Shown piece after piece: positions 52,517 to 61,646 of a stretch of 63,451 bases of DNA. The number at the start of each line of letters is the position of its first letter. The stretch's first letter is position 1. The stretch is taken from contig CAYIIU010000003.1 of the NCBI GenBank assembly GCA_964363635.1, positions 1 through 63,451 of the forward strand, given 5' to 3'. Under the pieces are notes generated by a model, which was not told the origin of the DNA, did no database searches, and was given only the letters and a program-made list of their open reading frames with translations. Both the position numbers and the translations under genes were made by a program. This DNA is from an uncultured archaeon. GTDB lineage: Archaea > Iainarchaeota > Iainarchaeia > Iainarchaeales > VGJJ01.

Positions 52517-54073
52517 ATGCCCGAAAAAGAAGAAGAAATAGGAACGGTGGTATCCAATCTTGAGGGGCCGTCCCCCAACCAAGTGGATTTTGTCGTATTA
52601 AACGGAAAAGTCCACCGCGGGCAATTCGTGGAAATACCCTACTCGGAAGGAACGCTCATAGGAATGGTGACGAATGTTCTCAAAACCAACAAATACTTCG
52701 AACGCGCCGACGCGGTAAAAGAGTTCGAGGCGCAGGGAACCAAATTATTCGAACAATTTCCGGTGCACGACTGGGAGTACATCATGGCGGTGACAACGCC
52801 GCTGGGTGTGTTTACGAATGAAAACAAAATCAAACGCACCACATTCCCCCCAAGCCCGGGAAGCAAGGTGTTTAACGCGCAACCCGAAAGTTTGGTAAGA
52901 TTTCTTGGCTTTGATGAAGAAAAAGGACTAGAATTAGGAAACATGGAATTTCATCCGGTTAAAGTTAAACTAAATTTATCTCGATTATTACAGAAACATT
53001 TTGCGATCCTCGCTCAAAGTGGAAGCGGTAAAAGTCACTTTATTTCGTGCCTGCTGGAAGAATTGCTTACGCGAAAAAAAGAAAATGGAAGAGTGGCCAT
53101 CGTGGCGTTTGACGTGCATGGGGAATATACTAATTTCGCGGAACCCGTGATGGACGCCAAATACACCGACTATTCCAAACACACACGGCTGATTCGCGCA
53201 CGGGATTTGCGCATTGGCGTTCCCAAAGTAAGCGCGGGAATGTTTTACTCCCTTTTGCCTAACGCATCACCCGCACAGAAGCGCGAATTGAGCAAAGTGC
53301 TGCAACGGCTGCAGCAAAAAATGAAAGACGGACAAGGACCCTACGATTTGAATGACATCAAAGGAGAATTGCTCGCGGAAATGGGAAGCAAAGATGCGAA
53401 GGAAAGCGTTATTGCCGCGCTCATCGGGTGGTTACATGAACTGGACGATTTGCAATTGTTTGGAAAAGCGGACAACCCATCTCTATTGGATTTGGTCCAG
53501 CCCGGCGTTCTTACGGTCGTGGATTTGTCGGACATTATCCACCAGCACAAGAAACAAGTGATTGTGGCGTATTTGTCGAATCGATTATTTTACGAACGAA
53601 GAGCGAAACGAATTCCTCCCGTGACCATTGTGTTGGAAGAAGCGCACAACTTCATCCCGCAGCAGATTGCAAAGGAAGGAAGCATCACGAAAGGGATTAT
53701 GCGCACGATTGCACGCGAAGGAAGGAAGTTTGGGGTGAGCTTGTGCCTTATTTCCCAGCGGCCGATACAACTTGACACGACGACACTATCGCAATGCAAC
53801 ACCCAATTACTTTTGCGCATCACCAACCCGTACGATATCAAACACATCGGCGAATCGGCCGAAGGATTGTCCGCGGAAAGCTTGGGAATGCTCACCTCGC
53901 TGCGCGTCGGAGAGGGCTTATTAATCGGCGAAGCGGTGAACGCCCCCACGTTCTTCAAAATACGTCAACGGAATTCGCAACCTTCTCAACACGAGGGAAC
54001 GCTGGAGAAAGCGAGCATTGATTTCGAAGAGAATGAACGGAAGAACAAAAAGGAAACGGAAGATTTGTTGTAG
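52517..54073 (+). CDS. herA: HerA helicase/translocase (FtsK-HerA superfamily)
   Basis: HAS-barrel-like N-terminus, Walker A ILAQSGSGKSHFISCLLEEL and Walker B TIVLEEAHNF. Confidence 0.85.
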   Translation: MPEKEEEIGTVVSNLEGPSPNQVDFVVLNGKVHRGQFVEIPYSEGTLIGMVTNVLKTNKYFERADAVKEFEAQGTKLFEQFPVHDWEYIMAVTTPLGVFTNENKIKRTTFPPSPGSKVFNAQPESLVRFLGFDEEKGLELGNMEFHPVKVKLNLSRLLQKHFAILAQSGSGKSHFISCLLEELLTRKKENGRVAIVAFDVHGEYTNFAEPVMDAKYTDYSKHTRLIRARDLRIGVPKVSAGMFYSLLPNASPAQKRELSKVLQRLQQKMKDGQGPYDLNDIKGELLAEMGSKDAKESVIAALIGWLHELDDLQLFGKADNPSLLDLVQPGVLTVVDLSDIIHQHKKQVIVAYLSNRLFYERRAKRIPPVTIVLEEAHNFIPQQIAKEGSITKGIMRTIAREGRKFGVSLCLISQRPIQLDTTTLSQCNTQLLLRITNPYDIKHIGESAEGLSAESLGMLTSLRVGEGLLIGEAVNAPTFFKIRQRNSQPSQHEGTLEKASIDFEENERKNKKETEDLL

Positions 54074-54095
54074 CCCCCCCGGACTCGCGTTTATT

Positions 54096-55070
54096 CTATT
54101 CAATCGACCCACCCAGCTTTTTGATGATAGCATGTTTGTTCTCTTCAATGATTTGATGTATTTCCATTCCACGGTTTTCAAGGCATAAAAAGACAAACTT
54201 GGAGAATTTTTCAAATTCTTTTGATAATTGCACTCGCTCAAGCAGGGCAATGCAGCTCGCACGATTGGAAAGATTGACAATCGCACGCGGGAAACCATTC
54301 TTTTGCAGCATCCAATTTAGGATCTCCCTGCCCGTGCGCCCATTCCCGTCTTCGAAGGGGTGAATCAACTCAAATCGCGCGTGAAACTCGGAAGCAAATT
54401 CAAGCGGGTGCATTTTTGGGCTATTTTTATTCATCCACTCCAACAACTTTTCCATTTCACTTTCAACTTTATCCGCTGGAACTGGCCTTACTTTTGATGC
54501 CGTAATGAACATAGGCCCCAAACGATATTCTCCAGGATGTTTCTCCGGAAATCCATCCAAAATAGCAGCGTTGATTTTTTTGATGGTGCGTTCATTGATT
54601 TCATTAATCCTCTTTGATACCTCTGCTGCTTTTTTCATATTTTCAATTTCGCGTATTTCATCCACTTTCTTTCCGGCAACCGAAGAACCCTTTGTCAGCA
54701 CCAATAAGGCTTCTTGCAGACTTAAAGAATTTCCTTCCACCGAAGCGCTCCCTTGCGCATAACGCACAAATTCATCTTCCTTGAACGATTCAAATCCGCT
54801 GGGAAAAAAATCCGATAGGAGAGAATAGTCTATTTTCAACCGTTCCAAGGACAGAACGTCAGGAAAAGATAATACGCGTGGATGAAACTGCTCCTGCATC
54901 TGTTTAGCCTGTTCCAGTGTCTTCTTTTGGATAAACAATTCAAGCCCTTCTTTCATTCTTCCCAAGGCTTGCCCTTTGTTCCCAAGGAGAACACTTATCC
55001 TCTTCTTTTTCACTCGGTCTTCTAAATAGAAGTAAGGGGTACCCTTGATTCGGCGCTTTGAAATAAACAT
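54096..55070 (-). CDS. Fic-domain protein (probable AMP-transferase, auto-inhibited class)
   Basis: Canonical Fic motif IHPFEDGNGRTGREIL and an upstream SASVEGN that fits the inhibitory (S/T)xxxE(G/N) helix. I use the ATG at 55070 because the track start is TTG. Confidence 0.88.
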   Translation of the reverse strand: MFISKRRIKGTPYFYLEDRVKKKRISVLLGNKGQALGRMKEGLELFIQKKTLEQAKQMQEQFHPRVLSFPDVLSLERLKIDYSLLSDFFPSGFESFKEDEFVRYAQGSASVEGNSLSLQEALLVLTKGSSVAGKKVDEIREIENMKKAAEVSKRINEINERTIKKINAAILDGFPEKHPGEYRLGPMFITASKVRPVPADKVESEMEKLLEWMNKNSPKMHPLEFASEFHARFELIHPFEDGNGRTGREILNWMLQKNGFPRAIVNLSNRASCIALLERVQLSKEFEKFSKFVFLCLENRGMEIHQIIEENKHAIIKKLGGSIE

Positions 55071-55260
55071 AGAATAAGTTAACACCAAAAAGGTTAAAAA
55101 ATGGTATTTTGGCTAAATTTGGTGTTAACCACGTAGAGAAGGGTTACGGGAATTTCCGCTTTTGGAAGACGGGCTCGCTGACGTTAGTGCACAGTGTTGT
55201 TCAAATCACCCATCTTTAGCACACCTCACAGATTATATAGAAAATACTCGTGCTTCCTTT

Positions 55261-55842
55261 ATGGTGATTACCGCAAGAACCATTCTAAAGACCCGGTTCG
55301 GGGATTTTCAAGTGGCGTATCATAAAACAAAATATGGAAGCGCGGTAAGCTTTTCTAAAGGAGACATTTCAATAGGAACACCCGTTGTCCGATTCAACTC
55401 GGCCTGTCTATTTGGAGAGGCATTTCATTCGCTGCATTGCGATTGCGAACACCAACTTACTGAAACAATGCGACTCATAAAAGAGAATGATAGTGGCACA
55501 ATTATTTATCGCTACCAAGAAGGACGAGGCATTGGTCTCGAGAAAAAAATTAAAGCGATGGAAATCGAACGCACACAAAATATGGATACCGTTGAAGCAT
55601 TCAAAAAACTGGGACTAAAAAAAAGCGATTATCGAAACTTTAAAGCGGAAGTCCAAGCATTGAAAGACCTAAAATCAAGCAAAACAATTGAGACATTTTC
55701 GGGAAATCCAAAAAAAATAAAAGCACTTGAGGATGCGGGATACAAAATCACCAAAATATTATCCGGTAAACCATCGGATTTCAGCCCGCGCGCAAAAAAA
55801 GAACGAGCGGCTAAAGAAAAGAAAATGGGATACCACTATTAA
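55261..55842 (+). CDS. ribA: GTP cyclohydrolase II
   Basis: VVRFNSACLFGEAFHSLHCDCEHQL (three Zn cysteines), YQEGRGIGLEKKIKA, DTVEA and GNPKKIKAL are collinear with E. coli RibA as I recall it. Confidence 0.85.
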   Translation: MVITARTILKTRFGDFQVAYHKTKYGSAVSFSKGDISIGTPVVRFNSACLFGEAFHSLHCDCEHQLTETMRLIKENDSGTIIYRYQEGRGIGLEKKIKAMEIERTQNMDTVEAFKKLGLKKSDYRNFKAEVQALKDLKSSKTIETFSGNPKKIKALEDAGYKITKILSGKPSDFSPRAKKERAAKEKKMGYHY

Positions 55843-55921
55843 CCAGTCCGGTCATCGGGACGATTCGTAAGCGTCAGGTGGTGATGAATTAGCCCCGCCT
55901 CGCGGACTTGCACCGAACTTC

Positions 55922-55938
55922 GGAACCTACGGCGGTTT
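55922..55938 (+). repeat. GGAACCTACGGCGGTTT 17-mer, copy 2 (upstream of ORF 55986)
   Basis: Exact 17-mer shared with 15098-15114. Confidence 0.7.
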
Positions 55939-55985
55939 ACCCCTCCCGAAGGGATATAGCGCGGGGATTTTTTCTATTTCTTCGT

Positions 55986-57293
55986 ATGTCTCCCCATACG
56001 TTCAGTCTAGTGGCAGTGTCGGCCCGCGATGAGCGAAAAACCATTGATGTTACGTTCACGAACAACTCACAAAAAAAGACTAAACCATTTCCATTTTTCC
56101 CATCCTTTTACCTCCCCCGCACTTCCACTACTCCGTTTGAAAAAATACTTGAAACCATTTCCAAACCTCCATTGCAAACCATTCCGCACCCGCACAGCAC
56201 GCAAGTCATGTGCGGCACGTGGGGGGAATTGAAAAACGTGGCGCAACAAGTTCATACAAGCACGAATTATTTTCCCCAATTAATCGAACCCGAAAGGCAA
56301 TTCTTACTCACGCAAAATTGGAGATACTTTCAAACATTTGATGAAAAGCTTTCACCGCTCAATGAAGCGTTCATGGATACACTCATTCCGGGATTTGTCG
56401 AACCATTGTACACTACCCTAAACGGCGCACGCGCGCACAACCCAAAAATAGAACAGGAACTCCGTGAGCGCATGGTCGCCAGTCATGAATTATTCCTTCC
56501 CTACACGGATGCACCCATTTCATCCAACGAACAGATAGAAATGATTCTCAACAACTACATGTTCGCCAACCACCGCGCAACACCATTGCAAAAAGGGAAT
56601 TTTACCACGACTTCAATGTGGTCACACGCCCAACGGACCCGCGCAAATGAAATTTTTTCTCAAACACCTATACAAGGGGAAGGAAAATGCGAGTGTTGTA
56701 AACCTACTAACCTTTTTTACGCGTCATTACAAGACGGAAGTATCGTGGACACGCGCGTGACACAAGATGGAGTGTACATTCACACGAACAACATCACTCA
56801 AGGCAACGATTACCACGAAGCACATGCGGGAAAAGAAAAACGCTTGGCGCGACAGCGAGAGTTTGGACTTTCAACCATTCCAATTGGCCCGTTATTTCGC
56901 AACGAAAAAATATCATTATCACTTAACGAGGCGCGGAATGAAATCAAACAAGGAACCCTTGCGGCGGAAATTAATCTGACGAATGCATATTGGAAATGCG
57001 CTAAACAACCATTCGTGTTTGATAAAATTCGCCAAAGTCTTGCCGCGCGAGCACAGCTGCATGACGTGCAACAGAACGCGCTCACGCAACCCTATTTGAC
57101 GCAGTTCCAGCTCGCCTACACGTCTCAAGTCCAGAAGGACCCACTCGTGCAATTGCATACCCTCGCGGCGCGCCGGACGAAGGATTGGGAGTTAAATCTG
57201 GCCAACCACCTGATTTTCCACCCCACCGAATGGAGAGAGGCCACCCACGCCCAACTCTTAGAAAAGGCTATCCTAGGAACTAAGCTACTTTAA
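55986..57293 (+). CDS. hypothetical protein (faint family-B-polymerase N-terminal-like strings)
   Basis: The ATG at 55986 begins a 435-aa ORF. KPFPFFPSFYLP and YFPQLIEPERQFLL resemble PolB N-domain strings by eye only. No polymerase motifs were seen. Confidence 0.5.
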   Translation: MSPHTFSLVAVSARDERKTIDVTFTNNSQKKTKPFPFFPSFYLPRTSTTPFEKILETISKPPLQTIPHPHSTQVMCGTWGELKNVAQQVHTSTNYFPQLIEPERQFLLTQNWRYFQTFDEKLSPLNEAFMDTLIPGFVEPLYTTLNGARAHNPKIEQELRERMVASHELFLPYTDAPISSNEQIEMILNNYMFANHRATPLQKGNFTTTSMWSHAQRTRANEIFSQTPIQGEGKCECCKPTNLFYASLQDGSIVDTRVTQDGVYIHTNNITQGNDYHEAHAGKEKRLARQREFGLSTIPIGPLFRNEKISLSLNEARNEIKQGTLAAEINLTNAYWKCAKQPFVFDKIRQSLAARAQLHDVQQNALTQPYLTQFQLAYTSQVQKDPLVQLHTLAARRTKDWELNLANHLIFHPTEWREATHAQLLEKAILGTKLL

Positions 57294-58350
57294 TTATTTT
57301 TTGCAAATTTTCCACAAACTCTCCGCTATCCACAAAGTAGTTAGGATATGCTTTTCTCAAGTCAGTAGTGGTATCTGCCCCAACTAAAACGACATCATAT
57401 TCTTTTCTTCCTCTAAATCTTTTTTCAGCTTCAGCATAGGCTAGGATTGCTTTTCCTTCCTGGCTTTTTGTATACGACGTAAAGTTCAATTTTTCGCCCA
57501 CAATATCCAGTTCGAGTAAAAAAAATTGCACTTTCTTTTGTTTAGTCTTCATTTCCTGTTCAAAAACTCTTATTGCAGCTCCCCAACCAGTCATTTTTTT
57601 TATTACATTAAGTTCAGCCTCTTTTTTCTTAATTTGTGAGTATAGCTCTTTTTCGTCAGTAGGGGTATTTGGAACCGGTGCACAGCCTTCCATTTTGGCA
57701 AAAGCAGTGCTTACTAATCTAAAAAATTCCATCCACTCTTCTTGCCCTTCATTAGACTTTATGGCTTGCCGAGTGAAGAAATCCACTGTTTCAATAGCTG
57801 TTGCCCAAATGTGTTGCAATTTTGATCTTATCTGAATTTCAACAAGCAGACCATTATACTCTTTCTTGCCTTTATCACTAAAATATTTGTAAATTATATG
57901 AATACTTCTGTAACCATCTTGTTTCGGGTTTTCCACATAGTCTTTCTCTCCGACTCGCTTATGCTTCAAATCCCCTTTTAGATAATAATCCTGATAAAGT
58001 TTTCTTACTTGTGAAACGTTTGCCAAAACTGCTCTGCACCCACCAATATCTTGCATTTGAGACAATTTCATCGTCGGAGGTCTGCCGTTATAGCTTCGTT
58101 TTAGTTTATTGATAATTGCAGGAACACGCTTCAGCCGCTGTGCGGTAAATGCATTTTTATCGACGCTGGTTGCTTTGCTTTTTAGTCTGATTTTGAATAC
58201 ATGCATCGGGTAACTGTGGATAGCCCTCCAATTATCTAAAATTTCGATTGCCGTATTTTTTTCTTCTTCGGAGCTAGATTCACTAATCAAAATATCGCCT
58301 GCACGGTTAATCCGTTCTTTTGAATACCCCTTTGGTTTTGTCCAAGCCAT
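57280..58350 (-). CDS. stand-alone RelA/SpoT-family nucleotide pyrophosphokinase (SAS/toxSAS-like) with a C-terminal extension of about 140 aa
   Basis: Synthetase motifs are in order: QRLKRVPAIINKLKR, MQDIGGCRAV, DGYRSIHIIY and VEIQIRSKLQHIWATAIE. No HD hydrolase domain is present. Confidence 0.85.
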   Translation of the reverse strand: MAWTKPKGYSKERINRAGDILISESSSEEEKNTAIEILDNWRAIHSYPMHVFKIRLKSKATSVDKNAFTAQRLKRVPAIINKLKRSYNGRPPTMKLSQMQDIGGCRAVLANVSQVRKLYQDYYLKGDLKHKRVGEKDYVENPKQDGYRSIHIIYKYFSDKGKKEYNGLLVEIQIRSKLQHIWATAIETVDFFTRQAIKSNEGQEEWMEFFRLVSTAFAKMEGCAPVPNTPTDEKELYSQIKKKEAELNVIKKMTGWGAAIRVFEQEMKTKQKKVQFFLLELDIVGEKLNFTSYTKSQEGKAILAYAEAEKRFRGRKEYDVVLVGADTTTDLRKAYPNYFVDSGEFVENLQKIIKVA

Positions 58351-58583
58351 TATACATCAACGTCGGCGCATTATTTAAACCTTCATTTTGCGCGGTTTTC
58401 TAAAAGTCACTTTTTTGGCTTAAAATTGGTTTAAAAGGCATTTAATGTCATTTTACAAAAATAGCCGACTTTTCCAAAAAACAATTTGATGTTTTGCGCG
58501 GTTTAAGTATGCGACCGAATAATTCTTTTTCTCCCTTCTCCAAAAGGCTGTTTTATATAGGTTTCCCAGCGATTTTCATCTGT

Positions 58584-58790
58584 ATGGCAACCATTACTCG
58601 CTTTGAACAAACGCGAATCATCGGAGCCCGAGCGTTACAACTCGCTTTCGGCGCCCCCGCGTTGCTCACCAACAAGAAAGTACTCTCTCCCTACGATTTG
58701 GCCAAGGCCGAATTCGACGAAAAAGTCATCCCCCTATCCGTTATCCGAAACCTGCCCAACGGACAGCACATTCGATTAGAGGTGAACTAA
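58584..58790 (+). CDS. rpoK: DNA-directed RNA polymerase subunit K (Rpo6)
   Basis: MATITRFEQTRIIGARALQLAFGAPALL. The track start at 58494 is TTG. Confidence 0.88.
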   Translation: MATITRFEQTRIIGARALQLAFGAPALLTNKKVLSPYDLAKAEFDEKVIPLSVIRNLPNGQHIRLEVN

Positions 58791-58792
58791 CT

Positions 58793-59116
58793 ATGGGTAA
58801 ATCCGTTCCTAAAGGAATCAAAAGCAAAGCCAACATTATCCTCAAAGAAATGCCCGCGGATTTCAATGAAAGTTTCGAAAACAATAAGTTGAAAGTCAAA
58901 GAACTCAAATTACCTTTTTCAAAGTGGACCACGAATGTGATGGCCGGATTCATGACGCGCCACCACAAGAAAGCACGCAAAGCCGAAGAAAAGAAAGAGA
59001 ATGCTCGCAAGAAAACTGAACTCGTGATGAAAGAACATCCCGATATGAAGAAAACTGCGGCACCCGTGATGCATATGCGCATCGAAAAGCAGGCTGAAGA
59101 AGCTGTTAAGGAATAA
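58793..59116 (+). CDS. rps17e: 30S ribosomal protein S17e with a K/E-rich C-terminal extension
   Basis: MGKSVPKGIKSKANIILKEMPADFNESFENNKLKVKEL...NVMAGFMTRH matches the eS17 N-terminal pattern. Confidence 0.75.
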   Translation: MGKSVPKGIKSKANIILKEMPADFNESFENNKLKVKELKLPFSKWTTNVMAGFMTRHHKKARKAEEKKENARKKTELVMKEHPDMKKTAAPVMHMRIEKQAEEAVKE

Positions 59117-59158
59117 AATTCCCCAATTCTTCCCATTTTTATTTTACAACTCATCTTG

Positions 59159-61522
59159 TCAAATTATTTTCGTCCCGCTGTCAATCAACTTGTTCAACGG
59201 AATGGTAATCCCATCTTCATTCTTCTCGCGCTGCATCACATATAACGAGCCGGTCGCGGCCTTTTCGATTTCTGACGAATGCGTAATCACAAACACTTGA
59301 TCCACGAGACTCGGCAATCGTTCACGCAGCATGAATGAAAGGGCTTGAACAGATTTCGTGTCCAAATTGTGCGTGGGCTCATCTAAAATAATCCACGAAA
59401 GCTGGCGCGTGAGGACGAAAGCAATGGCCATCCTCAGAGCGAGCGCGGCGGCACTGCGCTCTCCGCCCGATAAGGAGGATTCGGCCGAAATCCAATTGCC
59501 GCTTTTCTCTTTGACGGTGAGCACGTAATCATTATCCTGAATGAGGACCTTCGCTAGGGAGAAATCCTCGTACGGATACACCGACGGCCACAACTCCTGC
59601 AACGCCGCATTGATGGCCTCAATCACTCCCTCGCGCAATTGCTGCTGCGTGACCACTAATGATTGGGAAAACACCCCTAATACTTCCTCCACACTCTGCG
59701 CGTGCGACAAACGCTGATGCAATTCTGCTTTTTGTGCGCCTAATTTTTCTGCGCCTGCCACCCGTTCACTTAACTCGTGCACCATGCTTGAAACTAATTG
59801 CATTTCACGCGCACACGCATCGGTTTCGCTTGAAATGGTGGAGAATTTGGAAAAAAGTTGATTATACTCCCCGCGCGCCGGGGCAAAAGTTTTCAATGAT
59901 GATTCATTTTCAACTAATTGTTTGTCCACGAGCGCCATTTCGTCTTTGACTTTGAGCATTTCCAACGCTTTATCCAATTTTACGCCACGTGAACGCAATC
60001 CATCCATTTCTTCCGCGGAAGGAAGGGAACCAAACCGCTCTAATGAAGATTGAGCCAGCGCCACATCCTGCACCGCGATGGAAATCTCCTTCTCGATGAC
60101 TTCCCCATCCTTGGCTTTGGACAAAAGCACCGCCATGCGCTTCTCCTCATCTTCGAGCGTGCGCAAAATAGTCTCGCACCCATTCTTCTCTGTAAGAATT
60201 TTAGAATACACTGCAGAAAAATCAGCCATCTGCTGCAAAATATTTTTTTTGTGTTCGCCTAAATCATGCAAGAGCTTTCCCTTGTGCGCGGGATTTATTT
60301 CCTGTTTGCATGTTGGACAATTGGCGTGCAACGAGGCAAAGGATTTCTCATCGTTGGATAATTCAACGAGTTGAGCGTCGAAAACCTTCTGCGCGGAAAC
60401 GATTTCTTGGATTTTTTCTAACGCCGACGCGTGCTTTGCTTTCAATTCTCCTTTTTGCTGGATCACTTTCTGCTGCGTATCGACGAGTTGGGGATACGAA
60501 CTCCCTCCATACGAACGTGACCACTCGCTCAAACGAGATTCGGACAATTCTTTCCGCTGCGCAGCGCGCTGGAGCTGCAGCTCCAACAAGCGGTGCTGCT
60601 CCTGCTTACTCGCGTACTCTTTCACGCGCAGGTGAACAACGTTTTTTTCATTTTCCAGCTCTGAAACATTTTTCTGAGCCAAATCCGCATGCTGTTTCTC
60701 AAAAACAGACCATTGGCCGTGCAACACGTCCTTTTTGGATTTTAACGTGTGCACGCGCTGCGAAATCGTTTCAAGTTTTTTGACCTTTTCCTCGGCGGCG
60801 GACTTTTGACTGGTTAAAAGTAATTTTTGCTTGCTTAATTCTTCTCTTTTTGTTTCTAATTCGCGATGCTTGGACTGTTGTTCCATGAGACGTGAACGCA
60901 AGTCATTCACATCATGGTTTTGCATCGCGAGTTCAAGCTGCGCGAGAACATGTTTATCACTCTCTTGGCTTTTGCGGAATTGGTTGAGGACTTGATTTGC
61001 ATTAGCGCGCACCGTTTCGTATTTTTGCAAATCCAAGAGCTCATCAAACTTCTTTTTCCGGTCCGCAGGATTGAGTTTGAGAAAATAATCCACCTGATTC
61101 TGCTCCGAATACACGGCGCGCGAAAACAATTCATAGGTGACTTGCAGCTCGTGCTCGACGCGCTCGGTGACTTGACTTGGTTTAGGCCCCACCAACAAAT
61201 TGTCATTGAGATAGAGTCTCCCTTCATTCGTACCGGTGCGTTTTACGATGCGCTCCACGCGATACTTATTATCGCCGATGCGAAAGCACACCTCCACACG
61301 GGCTTGGTCCGCGGAAACGGGCTTGCGCATGAGCAAATCATCGGTGGAAACACGCCTGTTTTGAAGCGCGGGGAAGGTTCCGAAGAGGCCGTAGCAAAGC
61401 GCATCCGTTACGCTCGACTTGCCGGAGCCGATCACTCCCACCATGACATTTGTTCCCTTCCGGAACTTTAACGTAGAATTCTTGTGGGTCTTCCAATTCT
61501 CTAAAGTAATGGAATCAATCAT
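59159..61522 (-). CDS. rad50: Rad50 ATPase
   Basis: Walker A GVIGSGKSSVTDAL, long coiled coils, zinc hook NCPTCKQE, signature SLSGGERSAAALALR and Walker B WIILDEPTHNLD. Confidence 0.9.
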   Translation of the reverse strand: MIDSITLENWKTHKNSTLKFRKGTNVMVGVIGSGKSSVTDALCYGLFGTFPALQNRRVSTDDLLMRKPVSADQARVEVCFRIGDNKYRVERIVKRTGTNEGRLYLNDNLLVGPKPSQVTERVEHELQVTYELFSRAVYSEQNQVDYFLKLNPADRKKKFDELLDLQKYETVRANANQVLNQFRKSQESDKHVLAQLELAMQNHDVNDLRSRLMEQQSKHRELETKREELSKQKLLLTSQKSAAEEKVKKLETISQRVHTLKSKKDVLHGQWSVFEKQHADLAQKNVSELENEKNVVHLRVKEYASKQEQHRLLELQLQRAAQRKELSESRLSEWSRSYGGSSYPQLVDTQQKVIQQKGELKAKHASALEKIQEIVSAQKVFDAQLVELSNDEKSFASLHANCPTCKQEINPAHKGKLLHDLGEHKKNILQQMADFSAVYSKILTEKNGCETILRTLEDEEKRMAVLLSKAKDGEVIEKEISIAVQDVALAQSSLERFGSLPSAEEMDGLRSRGVKLDKALEMLKVKDEMALVDKQLVENESSLKTFAPARGEYNQLFSKFSTISSETDACAREMQLVSSMVHELSERVAGAEKLGAQKAELHQRLSHAQSVEEVLGVFSQSLVVTQQQLREGVIEAINAALQELWPSVYPYEDFSLAKVLIQDNDYVLTVKEKSGNWISAESSLSGGERSAAALALRMAIAFVLTRQLSWIILDEPTHNLDTKSVQALSFMLRERLPSLVDQVFVITHSSEIEKAATGSLYVMQREKNEDGITIPLNKLIDSGTKII

Positions 61523-61646
61523 TTGACAGTATTAGGTTGGCAGGAGATTAATACGTTCCTATACTCAAGGCGATTTGGCATAAATAGCCTTAAAAAGGCA
61601 AATAAAGCAATATTATCGTTAAGTAATATTAATTAATGGTGATATA

